Assembly (NCBI GenBank): GCA_905178155.1
Contig: CAJINV010000001.1
Span: forward strand, 1,104,606-1,168,605
Length of the DNA: 64,000 nt
Direction of reading: 5' to 3'
From: Amoebophrya sp. A120
Lineage: Eukaryota; Protista; Dinoflagellata
In this document: piece by piece, positions 24,001 through 35,400 of the stretch
How positions within the stretch are numbered: position 1 is the first letter of the stretch
Layout: the number at the start of each line of letters is the position of its first letter
The notes under the pieces: model-generated
The model's input: the letters and a program-made list of their open reading frames with translations, nothing else
Databases searched by the model: none
Told to the model about the DNA's origin: nothing
Made by a program: the position numbers and the translations under genes

Positions 24001-25140
24001 TCATGCAAGACAAGAATCTTGTCTTGCATGAAAGGATTGCGAGCATTTCTGGTGCAGAATCTAGGTGCGCAAGGTGCCTTGTGCATAACAGAGTCCTCTG
24101 CTGTTGGGCCCCTTCGCATCACAAATTCGAGCTATTCAGAATGGAAAATTTGTGATGCTGAGATATGCAAGACGGGAAATATTTCTATTGGAAAGGTTTG
24201 CAATACAAATGCTGCCAAGTCGTGTGGGGTGGGGGCATTTTTCATCGTAATACGATGGGCTGGAAGACTTGGAGTACCTCTATCTGCTGGAAGATGCTCT
24301 TCTGGGCCTGCTTGTCACGACCGGAACTACGTTGGATGGAATTACTGTTCCTCATCCTGCCATTGCACGCCAAGTCCACCAAGAACCTGCAGCTGCTGAT
24401 GTTCCACTCCGTAACTTCGCCCGGAGTTTTATCATTGAAATATGCATTTCAAATATGTCTGGGTCTGGAAGTTTGCTGAGGTTTGTGATGCTGTGTCACC
24501 TTGACACGGAAGGTGTTCCATGCAAGGCCTAGCATCACAGGTTTTGAGCCGGTTTGCCAATGCTTAATCCGCATGACAAACGCCTTCTTTCGGCGACAGG
24601 AAAAGGAGCTCCCTTTGCTGTCTAAGCATGACAGATTTTTGTGTGATCCAAGTATGCATCACAAGTTCGCAATGTTCCAGACCCAGACATTTTTGCACTT
24701 GATAGGAAAACTTTGTGCGCAATTTCGTCCGCTCCACCGTGGACACCGTCGCGGTAAACGGCACGTGGATGGAGGAGAGGCGAAAGCTCGGGGAGGCGAT
24801 CGGCGAGGCTCTCGCGGGCGCCGGCATTGTGGTAGAGGACTTTCTGGGTTCTTCTGGTCGTGATGGTGGGAAGGACATTGTGATCAGTGAAAGTACTGGT
24901 CAAAGAAGTGGGAAGGAAGGCATGAATAGAATGAGAAGCCCATCCACGTCTGAAATTTTCGGGAAGAAAGTCGAACATAAAGGTTTTTCATTTGACGTGA
25001 ACAACAGCGAGTTGCTTTCAGCAAAACTTTCACCAAAGAACAACGCTAGAAATAAAGTCCACGAGAATTATGCTAGCCCTGAAGATCAGCAAACCGAAAG
25101 TGGTAGAGGCTCTGCTGAACCTGCCGCAATTTTTGCATAA
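21088..25140 (+). CDS. DUF4091/GH123-like putative glycoside hydrolase with probable signal peptide
   Basis: NEWESFQL, WPDIVYP, DEP, FWYISCMSQGC, WPSFMVD, GELYW, GGNGDGQLIYP, SIRLKHIRD-GLEDLEYLYLL after removing IE11-13. Confidence 0.75.
23197..23523. mobile_element. Introner element IE11 (family E)
   Basis: TATCGCGAGGAAAAATCCCCCCT...AGGGGGGATTTTTCCTCAGAATA, with perfect CTGCG repeats. Joins RSA-WPSF. Confidence 0.92.
23956..24252. mobile_element. Introner element IE12 (E-related)
   Basis: TATTACAATGAAGAATGCCCC...GGGGCATTTTTCATCGTAATA, with perfect CGATG repeats. Splits the conserved IRD-GLED motif. Confidence 0.92.
24441..24704. mobile_element. Introner element IE13 (family A)
   Basis: TATGCATTTCAAATATGTCTGGGTCTGGAA...TTCCAGACCCAGACATTTTTGCACTTGATA, with flanks TGAAA/GGAAA. 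Confidence 0.88.
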
Positions 25141-25757
25141 TCCGCCTCTACTAAGTAGTTGCAAATATGCGACGTGCTGCTGCAATTCCATTTTCTACTT
25201 GCCCTGCTGTTAAGACGAGAAGTTTCACTCGAGGTTCAATTCAAATCGTGCTAGGTTGACTTGATCCAAACGCGTGATCCGATCAAATCCGTTCGAAGAC
25301 TAGATCCAGGACAGAACACAAAATAGATGCATCGAAACCGCGGAAGATCTTCGATCCCAACAAACAAAATAGCATGATTGAAGATCTGTAAACTCTAAAA
25401 ACGTACCCGCAAAATGAGATCAAGTCGGTCAACAGCCGAACGGATGGCGAATGTCAATGTTGTTTTTCGGCGCGGATCCAAAGATCCCGGATAAAAAAAT
25501 GGAGCGCAGCTCTATTCGTCACTCTACGACGATCCATGATCCGGTCACAATGAATTACAATTGGATCATATGTAAAAATTCCTTGCCAGCGAAGTCGTAA
25601 CATTTTAGACATCAAGCGTGAAGAGAGCTCGTCTCGTGCATATTAAGCTACTAAGTGGAAGCAATTCATTTTTTTCGAGGCTCACTTTCTTTCCTTCTTA
25701 CGCCCGCGTAGCCGGCAATATCACTCCACATTTAGCGACGTTTTCAGCCAAGCAAAA

Positions 25758-28700
25758 ATGAAGAAAGAGCAGGCAAAATCCCGGAAGCTGGAAGAGGAGG
25801 AGGCTCTGGTGGATGGCGAGCTTTCCGTGGGCGAGGAAGACGATCTGAATGAAGAGGTCGAGGACGTAGATACCAGCGACTTCGAAGATCTTGAGGAGGA
25901 AGAGGACCAAGGCTCTGACAGCGAAGAAGAAGAGGATGAAGATTCAAAAGATAATTCTGCAGCGGAAATTATCCTGAGTAAAAACGTACCCACGCCAGAG
26001 TTGTAATGCAAATCTGCATGCTGAAAATGTTTCTCATGCGGAGCCCCATGAGAAGCATTTTCTAGCCGTGTTTTGCAATTTGTCATGCTCCAACCAGCAT
26101 GGTATGCTAGATCTGTGATGCTGCTGAGCTAGCTCAAACAGCACTACACTACGAATCCAAATTTGTCATGCAAAACAGCCAAAACTTGTGGATTTGTCTA
26201 GCCGATTTCCCATCTTGACTATGGTGTGGGTACGTTTTTACTCAGGATAGAAATAAGTAGTGAAAATCAACATGCCGACGACCAGGGCGGACGCGAAGAG
26301 GAAAGGCCAGCGGGCGACGCCAAGGCAGGAGGGGTACTATCAGTAGTAAAAGAAGAAAAGCAGGAGCGTCAGGGAGCTGCGACCAGGCAGGGTACGACCT
26401 CCAGCAGCAGTTCCAGCGGAGGTGGAGTAAAAAAAGCGACAGGAAGTAAAAACCTCCCCGGAGAAGTTGTAGACGCTGATCTTACAAATAAAACGTCTTC
26501 CCTCGTCGCATCAAAAGCAGCAGCTTCGACGAAACAGAAGGGAAAAAAGACGGCAGCATCAAAAGATGCGGACAACTACACAACGGCAGCTTCAGAGGGA
26601 GGCCCGGATGAGGAAAACCAGTCTGACGAGGATGAAAACTCGAGCATTCCGTCCGACGAGGATACGGACAATTTGGAATACGGGACCGACTCCGACGATT
26701 CCGACGACGAGGCGGAGAAAAACCGCATTGGCGACGTTCCTTTATCGTGGTACGAGAACGAAGACCATATTGGGTACGGGCTGGACGGCGAGAAGATTGG
26801 GAAGTCCGTGCAAAAATCCGAGATCGACCAGTTGCTGAACAAATTTGACAATCCGGACGCCTGGCGTACCATCACGGATGTGAAAAACCAGGAGGAAATC
26901 CGGCTCACCGACAAGGATCTGGAAGCCATCCGCAGAATCATGCAGCACAAGTACTTCTACTTGTGAATTGTGGTCGTCAAAATTTCGTTTTTTTGGTTGA
27001 CATCAAGGTCTTCGCTATCGTCCTACTTTTTTGATCATTCCCATCGTCTTTTCGTACTGTCAAACTCTTTCGGGGAAAGATTGATTTTTCTGCAGTTAGA
27101 AGAAAAAACAAATCACCTCCACACAGGGCTCCCTATGCTACTACCGACATGGAGAGTATGGTAGAATACGACAACCCCGCAGAGGCGATTCACCCAACCA
27201 CCAATCGGCCGGAGGGCAAGGCGCGGTTCCTGCCGTCAAAGTGGGAGGGCATGAAAATCAAGAAGATCGTCAGACTGATGAGGGAAGGTATCAGCTCGTC
27301 ATCTCATTTCTATATCTACTTTATGAAGTTTCAAGAACTTGCTTCATCTCTATGCGATTTGGCTTCATAGTACAAACTTGCTGCAGTCCGAGACAAAAAG
27401 ATTCGCAATCCGTTCCCCAGGTAAAATTGGCGCACCCCCTCCACCGAAGCCCGACGTTTTCGATATCTGGCGTGATGACCTGCCCGAGAGAAGAAAGCCT
27501 CCCACCGCCTTAGTGGCCCCGAAACTGCCGTATTTAATTTCTTTTCACGACATTTCAATTTCTCATGCAGGATCATCGGCATTATTACAAAGCCTTCTCA
27601 AAACAAAAACTTCAATTTGTGATGCTACAGCCAGCATTTTAGACATTCTGTGCGATGCGATAATATAAGGACAATAAATACGAAAACAGGCTGCCCACGC
27701 ACGCGGAGAGTTTTAATCCTCCGGAGGAGTATCTGATGACGGAACAGGAGCAAAAAGAATGGGAAGACCTGGACGAGTCGGAGCGACCCAACAACTTCAT
27801 TCCACAGAAATACGGCCAGTTGCGCAAAGTCCCGGCTTACAAGGTACTTACTGATCATGTTGTGATTTTTGCGTACTACTAGCTACGTAGATTTCGTTTT
27901 GTTGTGCATTTGCGTATGACATGAAGTTCTTTTGTGCGACAAGGACCAGTTGTCATGTTGAGTTTCATGATCACTGGGAACAACTACAAGGCGCTTTTTT
28001 TACTCCTCAAAAAACCACGACGTAGAATAAATTCACTTTCCAGAAGGTTCAAGTAATACTTTCTTCGATTCTTTTCTCTACTCCCAATCGAAAACAACAG
28101 AACTTCATCGTGGAGCGGTTCCACCGGTGTCTGGACCTCTACCTGGTGCCCCGCGCGCTGAAGAAGCGGATGAACGTGGCCAAGGAGTCTCTGCTTCCCC
28201 AGCTCCCCAGTCCCGCGGACCTGCGGCCCTTCCCGCGCGAAATCTCGGTCCGGTACGACGCGCACCGAAAGCCGATCCGGTCCATATCCGTAGATAACTT
28301 GGGCCACTACGTGGCGACGGCGGCCGACGACGGGTACTGTTTTGTTTATGAAGTGGCGACCGGACGGGTCGTCCGCAGATTGAAACTGGGGTTGTACTGC
28401 CAGGCCTGCTGCTTCCACCCGAAGGACCCGAACCTGCTCGCAATCGCGTCCGAGTCGGATTTGTACTTTGTGAACTTGGACCTGCACAAGGCGTGGACGG
28501 AGATCACCGAGAAGACGCTGGGCCTCCCGGAAACAGGTGCGGAGGAGGATTTTGGGAAGGGTGTAGAGCAGGAGGATGACATCGAGGATCTTGTGGAGAA
28601 GGACGAAGTAGCACAACTGGAAGCAGAAATAAACAATGCCGCAAATAATGAGGACGAAGAGGAGCCGACGCGCATGAAAAAATCTCTGCTCAAGCAGGTA

Positions 28701-29702
28701 GTGTGGAAACGGGTGGTGAGCGGTGGTGGACTAAAACAAGGCTCCTCGGCTTCTAGTAGCAGCAGCAGTTTGATGAACAAAAATTCGAGCAGCCCTACTG
28801 CTGGATCAGCAGAACTACTACAAAACGCCGCTTCATCCGACGAATCTGGAAAAACTACGCAACAATTTTCTGAAACGCGTTCTTCAATTTTGCACAAGCG
28901 GGGCGTGCGCATCCACATCGAGCACGACGGGTGCATCAAGCAGCTGCAGTGGCACCGGTCCGGCAATTACCTGTCGGTGACTTCCGTGAACTGCAGCTCC
29001 AAGGCAAACCAGTGTCTGATCCACTCCCTGCCGCAGAAGACCACGGTGAAGCCCTTCGGCAAGATGAAGTCCGGGAGCGGCGTCAGCATCCAACAGGCGG
29101 TGTTCCACCCAACGAAGCCGCTTTTCTTCGTGGCCACGCAAAGGTCGGTCCGGATGTTTCATTTGCAGAAGCACCAGCTGGTGAAGCAACTCATCACGGG
29201 CGCGCGGTGGGTGTCCTCCCTGTCCGTGCACCCCAACGGCGACCACGTCATCGTGGGCACGCTGGACCGCCGGTTGCTCTGGTTCGATTTGGATCTGGGT
29301 ACAAAGCCCTACAAAACGTTGAAGTACCACGACAAGGGGTTAAGGCAGGTGGCGTTCTACCAGAAAGTGCTGCCCCACTACGCGGACGGGAATGCCGCGC
29401 GACGCGCAAGGGAGGCGGACGAGGACGCTGGGGCTGATGTTGGTAGCGATGAGGAAACGAAGCGGTCAAATCTCAAACCGGCACCGGTCTCCCACTTTCC
29501 GCTGATGTGCACCGCATCTGACGACGGCAGCGTGCACGTGTTCCACGCGCGGGTATACAACGACTTCGTCACCAACCCGTTGATCGTTCCCGTCAAGAAG
29601 CTGCAGGGCCACACCAAGGGGGTGATGGACTGCGTGTGGCACCCCACGCACCCCTGGGTCTTCACGGCCGGGGCGGATGGACAGGCTTTTCTCTGGGTGT
29701 AG
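25758..29702 (+). CDS. BOP1: Ribosome biogenesis protein BOP1/Erb1 (WD40)
   Basis: Acidic N-terminus, [104 protein letters not shown]. Contains IE14 plus four GT-AG introns. Confidence 0.95.
25970..26249. mobile_element. Introner element IE14 (family B)
   Basis: TATCCTGAGTAAAAACGTACCCAC...GTGGGTACGTTTTTACTCAGGATA, with perfect GAAAT repeats. Same 280-bp length as IE5. Confidence 0.92.
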
Positions 29703-30446
29703 ATTTGCTTAGTTAACAGTAACCACGTGAGTTGTGCTTTGTGAAGGTCGTTGTGCCCACGACGTGGTCCTGTGCTGGGTAGTAGTTCTGGACACATTCA
29801 TCGGTCTTCGCAAGGCTCTGACAGCAACACCGAACATGTATTAAGTGTACCGACGCTTTGGAACTACATGACTCTTGTGAGAAAACAAAATCACGGTCTG
29901 GACAATCGGAATGCTGGCGAACGGGACATCAACCTTTGAAACGCCACGCAATTCTGAGTGTCGCATGCCGGTGTGATGAAAATGCCGTACTTGTTCTTCT
30001 CATCGACAACAAGGATCTTCACAATGAATGTCGTTTTCCACTTCTCGTGCACTGATTGTGTCAATGGATCAAGATTTTCAAAAGCCTGAAACAGTTCGTC
30101 CATTGTACGTAGGCACTAGTGCCCAGATCAAAAAAAGGCAGTTCTTGCCCAGTTCTTCTTCGATATTGTGTGAAAATCCCAGAAGATTCAAAATCGCAAA
30201 GAGAGTACCAGTTTGTTCTTGTCTCTGAATTTGGGTTCATCTAGAATGGATCAAAAAAGCAATCGACGAAACTCTGAAACATTTGCTTGACTGATCTCAG
30301 TTGACAGTGACTTTATCTTGGAGACCTTCGCCTGTCAGTAGACCTGTACGTCATTTTTTCAACTTCTCCGCCGAGCCTTTTCTGCTTAGGTTTTAGTGGC
30401 TTGTTTTGTAACGACTGGTAGTGAAGCTGAAGATTTTCAACACGTC

Positions 30447-31658
30447 ATGGCTTCTGGTGCAGCTCGCTCGTGCTACGAGGACTTTCTGAGCGGCGTGCTC
30501 GCTTGGACCCCGCGGAAGTTGCCGTCGCCGCACGCCACCGCGCTGGTGCCACGACGGGTGAACTTCGTGCCGCCCTCGGAGGCGCCCACGCCGCCGGAAA
30601 GAGACGAGCTGTATGACGCTGACATGGACGATCTGGACGAGCAATACGTCGCGGCACGGAAGAGTTGCAACTACTACGGTCCTCGTCGTGGCGGGCCTGC
30701 CGGGACGAGTGGACCAGTTGACGCAGGGACAAAAACAGACAAAGACAGTTCTGTGATGAACAAAATGATAACTGCACGAACACAAACCGCTACCACAACT
30801 ACGTCTAGCGCACCATCAAACTCCGCGAGGAGCCCGTGTTCGTCGATGAATGATAGTACTAGTTCAGCAGCTGCTGCCCAAGAAGCGACGACTACACCAA
30901 ACACGCGGACGACGCGGAAACGAGGACGGGAAATAAATGTCCAGCAGCCGCCGGAAACGGGTGCTAGCTTGCGCAGTCGGAGGAGGAATGGTTACGAGAG
31001 CAGCGGAATGGTCATCTCGGGGTCTAGTGACGACGGAGAATTTGATAGTGACAGTTCCTCGGACGTGTCTGAGTGTAGTTCAGAGGCGCTTGACGGGAAT
31101 GAACAGGATTTTGAAGAAGAGAATCGCGCGAATGTAGTCCCCGCAGGAACCAACACGTCGCTGAAACGGCCGCATCTCGACGCAGAAGAAAGCGCTGCAG
31201 CAGCCTCCACCCGGGAGGACGATGCAGCCGGAATCCGCAGCGTGCTGTCCTGTCCATCGTGTTTCGCTCTGCTGGCCGAGAACGCCGAGCCGGACGCACA
31301 GGGCTGGTGGCGGTACCCCCCGCCATCCGATCGCAGTCGGAACCATCCCATGCCGCGCGTCGAAGTGTTGGTGGCAGAACATGGAATGAAAATGAATAGG
31401 CTAAATCATTTGATGTCCTCTGCAACCACTCCCAGTGAAGAACATATTAGTAAGACCACGACCGGTACTACTAGTAGTTCCTCCGCAATTCCGCCCCCAT
31501 TAGATGCGAAGGAAGTCGTGTGCGCGTGCGTGGAGTGCGGGACACCGGTAGGCTACGCGGTCACCAAGGTGCGGAGTGTGAACTTGACGCAGGCAACGTA
31601 CCGGTTCGTCTGCGTCTTGGTGGACTCCAGCTGGGGCGAAGATTTGGACGAAAACTAG
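30447..31658 (+). CDS. E2F-associated phosphoprotein (EAPP)-like protein
   Basis: DELYDADMDDLDEQYV, SVLSCPSCFALL, CVECGTPVG and YRFVCVL resemble the EAPP C-terminal zinc-binding blocks. Intronless. Confidence 0.6.
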   Translation: MASGAARSCYEDFLSGVLAWTPRKLPSPHATALVPRRVNFVPPSEAPTPPERDELYDADMDDLDEQYVAARKSCNYYGPRRGGPAGTSGPVDAGTKTDKDSSVMNKMITARTQTATTTTSSAPSNSARSPCSSMNDSTSSAAAAQEATTTPNTRTTRKRGREINVQQPPETGASLRSRRRNGYESSGMVISGSSDDGEFDSDSSSDVSECSSEALDGNEQDFEEENRANVVPAGTNTSLKRPHLDAEESAAAASTREDDAAGIRSVLSCPSCFALLAENAEPDAQGWWRYPPPSDRSRNHPMPRVEVLVAEHGMKMNRLNHLMSSATTPSEEHISKTTTGTTSSSSAIPPPLDAKEVVCACVECGTPVGYAVTKVRSVNLTQATYRFVCVLVDSSWGEDLDEN

Positions 31659-32452
31659 CGACAGTGCGGCGCTGTACCAAACGGAATAATGAAGTGGCAG
31701 GTGGGTTGGGTCAATGGTGAAATTGCGGATATTCAGTCTTGGCAAATTTGGCGCGACCCTCCTTGTTCCATTGACTTGTTCCTTTTCGACGACGACGACA
31801 CGACTTTGATGTAGTTCTTAGCGACTGACTTTTACCGCGATTTTATTTTTCCGCGAGGAAGTTATGTAATCCAAATCCTATAGTCCTGAAGGCAGCTATG
31901 TCAGAGACTAGTGCGGAAGCAGACCATAACGGCGTAGTGTTCGTGCGCCAAGAGGCTTTCCACAAAGGCAGTTGGGTCGACGTCTGCTACCTCTATTTAC
32001 ACGCGCACTCCTTGATTCGTTTTCATCTCTTCTCTTGTCGTTCTATCTGTCGCTTTTGTGAAGATTCGGGAGCGGGTGCTGACTCCTCTTCGACTTCTTT
32101 CTCGTCGTGTACATTCTTTTTGTCTCTATTCGTATTCGAAATAAGTAAACACTTTTCGCCTAACAATTTGAGGGATTATTTGGTGTACATAATTTCGCGA
32201 GTGATCATGTCGAATCGGGCATGGAACTGGTGTGGCAAGGCTGGAATCAACCCGACATTGACTCTAGAAGACGTACAATTTGTCTTCACCGTTTTTTACG
32301 TACGAACAATCATAGAGACGAAGTTTTTAGCAGAAGAGGCGACAGGTGCCTGAAGCGCCGACAAGACAACTAAGTATCGCTATAAATCCAGGTGACCTGC
32401 GACGTACGGTGCGGCAAGTACTGCTTGAAATCACAGTAGTTCGTCCCGCGAA

Positions 32453-35400
32453 ATGAGTTTCTCTCCCCAGCAGCGTCCTCGCTCAAGGTGGCCTTGCAGC
32501 CGCATCCGCGAGGGTGGTGGTAGTGCAATGTTGTGGCTCTTGTCGGGACAACATCCGCAGTGGCACCAGACATGCGATGTTTGTTTTCCCATGAGCGTTC
32601 TCAACTTGGGTTACCCCTGTGGCGTTGCTGCCGTGCAGCAGGGCCGTGTCCAGTCGTCCAGCGGGGGGCATGCCAGCACGCTCGAGGTTCCAGTGGGTGG
32701 CCGCGCCGAGCAGACAGTGGCGGAACTCGATTCCACAGGGAAATTGTTGCGCAGGGAAGTAGAGCTGCTGGATAAAAATAGTACCCGTTTTGTAATAAAT
32801 CCTCCTACAGCATCCTCTTCCTCTTTCGTGGAGGATCATGCGGAGGTTATTTTCTCCGGACAGGACGCGGAAAAATCCAAATCGTCTGGAAGTACAATCA
32901 TCGCCGAGGAGAAGAGCAGCAACAGCGCGACCGAAAAGAAAACCAAAACGGAACAAACGTTCAGCGACTTTTTTTGGAAGACGGAGGACTACCCTGCCAC
33001 TGAGGCTGCGAAGGCGAAATCCGTGGCAGAACTGGAAAAGTTTGAGCTCGCCGAGCCGCCCGGAAATTTTACGGTAAATTCGCCGCTAGCTCCGCTCTCC
33101 GTGGCAGCTTACGGTAAATTCTCCGCTTACGGTAAAGTCCCCGCAAAGCAGCTTTCAGCGGGACTTGGCCAGCGGGACCCGGAGGAGCAGCTTCAAACGT
33201 TGCACGAAGAGCCTTCGCTCGCCTACGTTTCCGTTTCCCCCGCAACGGAACAGGAACTTGGGTCGTCCTTCAACGAGTTCTTCTGGGATATGGAGGGCTC
33301 GTACCCAGCCACCGAAGCGGGCAGGAAAGCATTCGCGGCAAAATTGGAGGACTTTGCAATTGCAGAACCGCCAGGAAGTTTTAGGGCGCCTCCGCCCCTA
33401 GCGCCGATACACGCGGGTGACTGCGTCCGAACCCCGCAGTTACGAAAGCTGTTTGAGGAGGAGCTGATCAAGACGCCACGCACCGTGGTTGATTTTTCGT
33501 ATTTCGGCACTGCCAGTCGCGACGCGCTCGAAGTTCGGATGCAGGAACTGCAGGACCAGGTCGATTTGTTCGTCATCACCGAGGCCGACATTGACCATCG
33601 CGGGCGAACGATCCGCAGCGACTATTGGCCGGAGGTTCTTTCGAAGCAAGCTGTTTTTCGCGACTTCGGCCCAGACCGCGTGCTGCACTTGCCCCTGCAC
33701 TACCCGCGCGCAGCGGACGGCGGTGGTGCAGTGTCCGGGGCTGGTGACGAGAGCTTTGCGTCGGGAGTCTTCATGCGGAAAGAAGGGTCCCGCTTGCTGC
33801 ACGCTGAATTGCAGAAGCGGTTTTTTGCTGAAGAGGATCATGAAATCGACGGGGCGGAGCAGGCTATTCAGCATCAACATCCACAACGAGGACAGCCGAC
33901 AGTGAGTTCGTGGGCTCTTCTAGTGCTGACTGCGCACACGGATGAGACCCCAAGTCGCAAAGCGGTGCAACTACTGCGCAATTGTAAATTCCTGGGGGAG
34001 AAGATCGAAGACCATTTTCCCCTGCGGACAGCATCGCTGATGGTGCAGAATCTGATCGACAAAGCCTTTCGCTCCGATTTCCCCGCCGAATCCGCGCACC
34101 CGTACGAAATATCGCGGCCTGGCTTCGCGTTGTTTCATCCCAGCCACGACGACGCTCTAGAACTAGATACATTTGCGCATGTCTCAAATGTTGGCCAGGA
34201 GAAGATTATTTATGGTGGAGCACACATGACGGGCTACCCGTTTATCCCCGCATGGTTTTTGAAAAACCTGCAGTGCACAGATGTGCTTGCGGCGGCAGCG
34301 CTTTCCGAAGACTGGGCCAGTCTGCATCGGGAGATCAGGCAAGCCTGTGCGGCAGGAGGGCCAGGTACGAGTGATTCGCCGCGAAAGGACCACCACGCCG
34401 AAAAAATCGCCGCAGTGCTTGCCACCCACAACTTGGACCGAACGACCGACAACTTCGCGGACCGCTTTGCAGATCCGACAGCCCCCAAAGAGTCCGACAC
34501 TGCATATGCAGACATGCTGCACTTGCCCGACTACTTCGTCTTGAATCGGAACCGTTTTCCCGCCTGGTTTGGCAAACGGCAAGACCCACGGGCGACAATT
34601 TTGTGTCCGCCCCCAGCCTCAGTACAAGGAGCCCGGGCGGCAGAGCAGCTTTCTTCAGCGGGACTTGGCCAGCGGGACCCGGAGGAGCAGCTTGAAACCT
34701 TGAACGAAGAGCCTTCGCTTGCCTACGTCTCGGTTGCCCCCGCGACGGAATTGGAATGCCTTTGCCCGAACTGGCGCACGGTAGCCGAGCAAGGCCGCAA
34801 CCGCGAAGTGCCGCGGTCCAACGTTTTCGTCATGTCACCGCAGCGCCCGTCGCTGATATCGAAAGAAGAGGCGGCCGCCATGTTCCCGGGGCTCTTCGGC
34901 GACGGAGCTCCTGCCTGGAATTCGACAAATTCTACTTCGACGGCGAAGCCGGAGCTAATATTAAGCGAGTCTTCACCTCCAGCGCCAGACGGTCGCAGAT
35001 GCGGGCAAGAACTTTCCGCCGGCATACAGCACTTCAACCACGAAGCAGCCTGGCGGGCAGTGGAGCTGATCTCTTCCTTTCTGGAATCCGAAAAGCTGTT
35101 GCAGGACAGCAGCATCTATCAAATGCAAAAATGTCTGGGTCTGGAAGATTGCAACTTGTCATGCTGTTTTTGGACTCTAAAATGATCTGTATTGCATGAC
35201 CAGCAAGATGGGTGCGCTTTGTGCTACACGGGCAGGGCATTTCTCATGCGGAAGGTACATCAGGAAGCACTTTAAAAGTCTGCGACGCTAGGCCATGCAT
35301 TGCAGGCGTCATGGGTCATATTAAGAAATATGCATGACAAGTCTTGCATTCTTCCAGACCCAGACATTTTTGCATTTGATAGCATCACGCTGCTCGAGGC

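Noticed and set aside
35117-35381. Recurrent peptides such as YQMQKCLGLE, PDPDIFAFD and FQTQTFLHLI in the ORF track as a protein repeat family
   Set aside because: They are translations of the introner TIRs, not a real protein domain.
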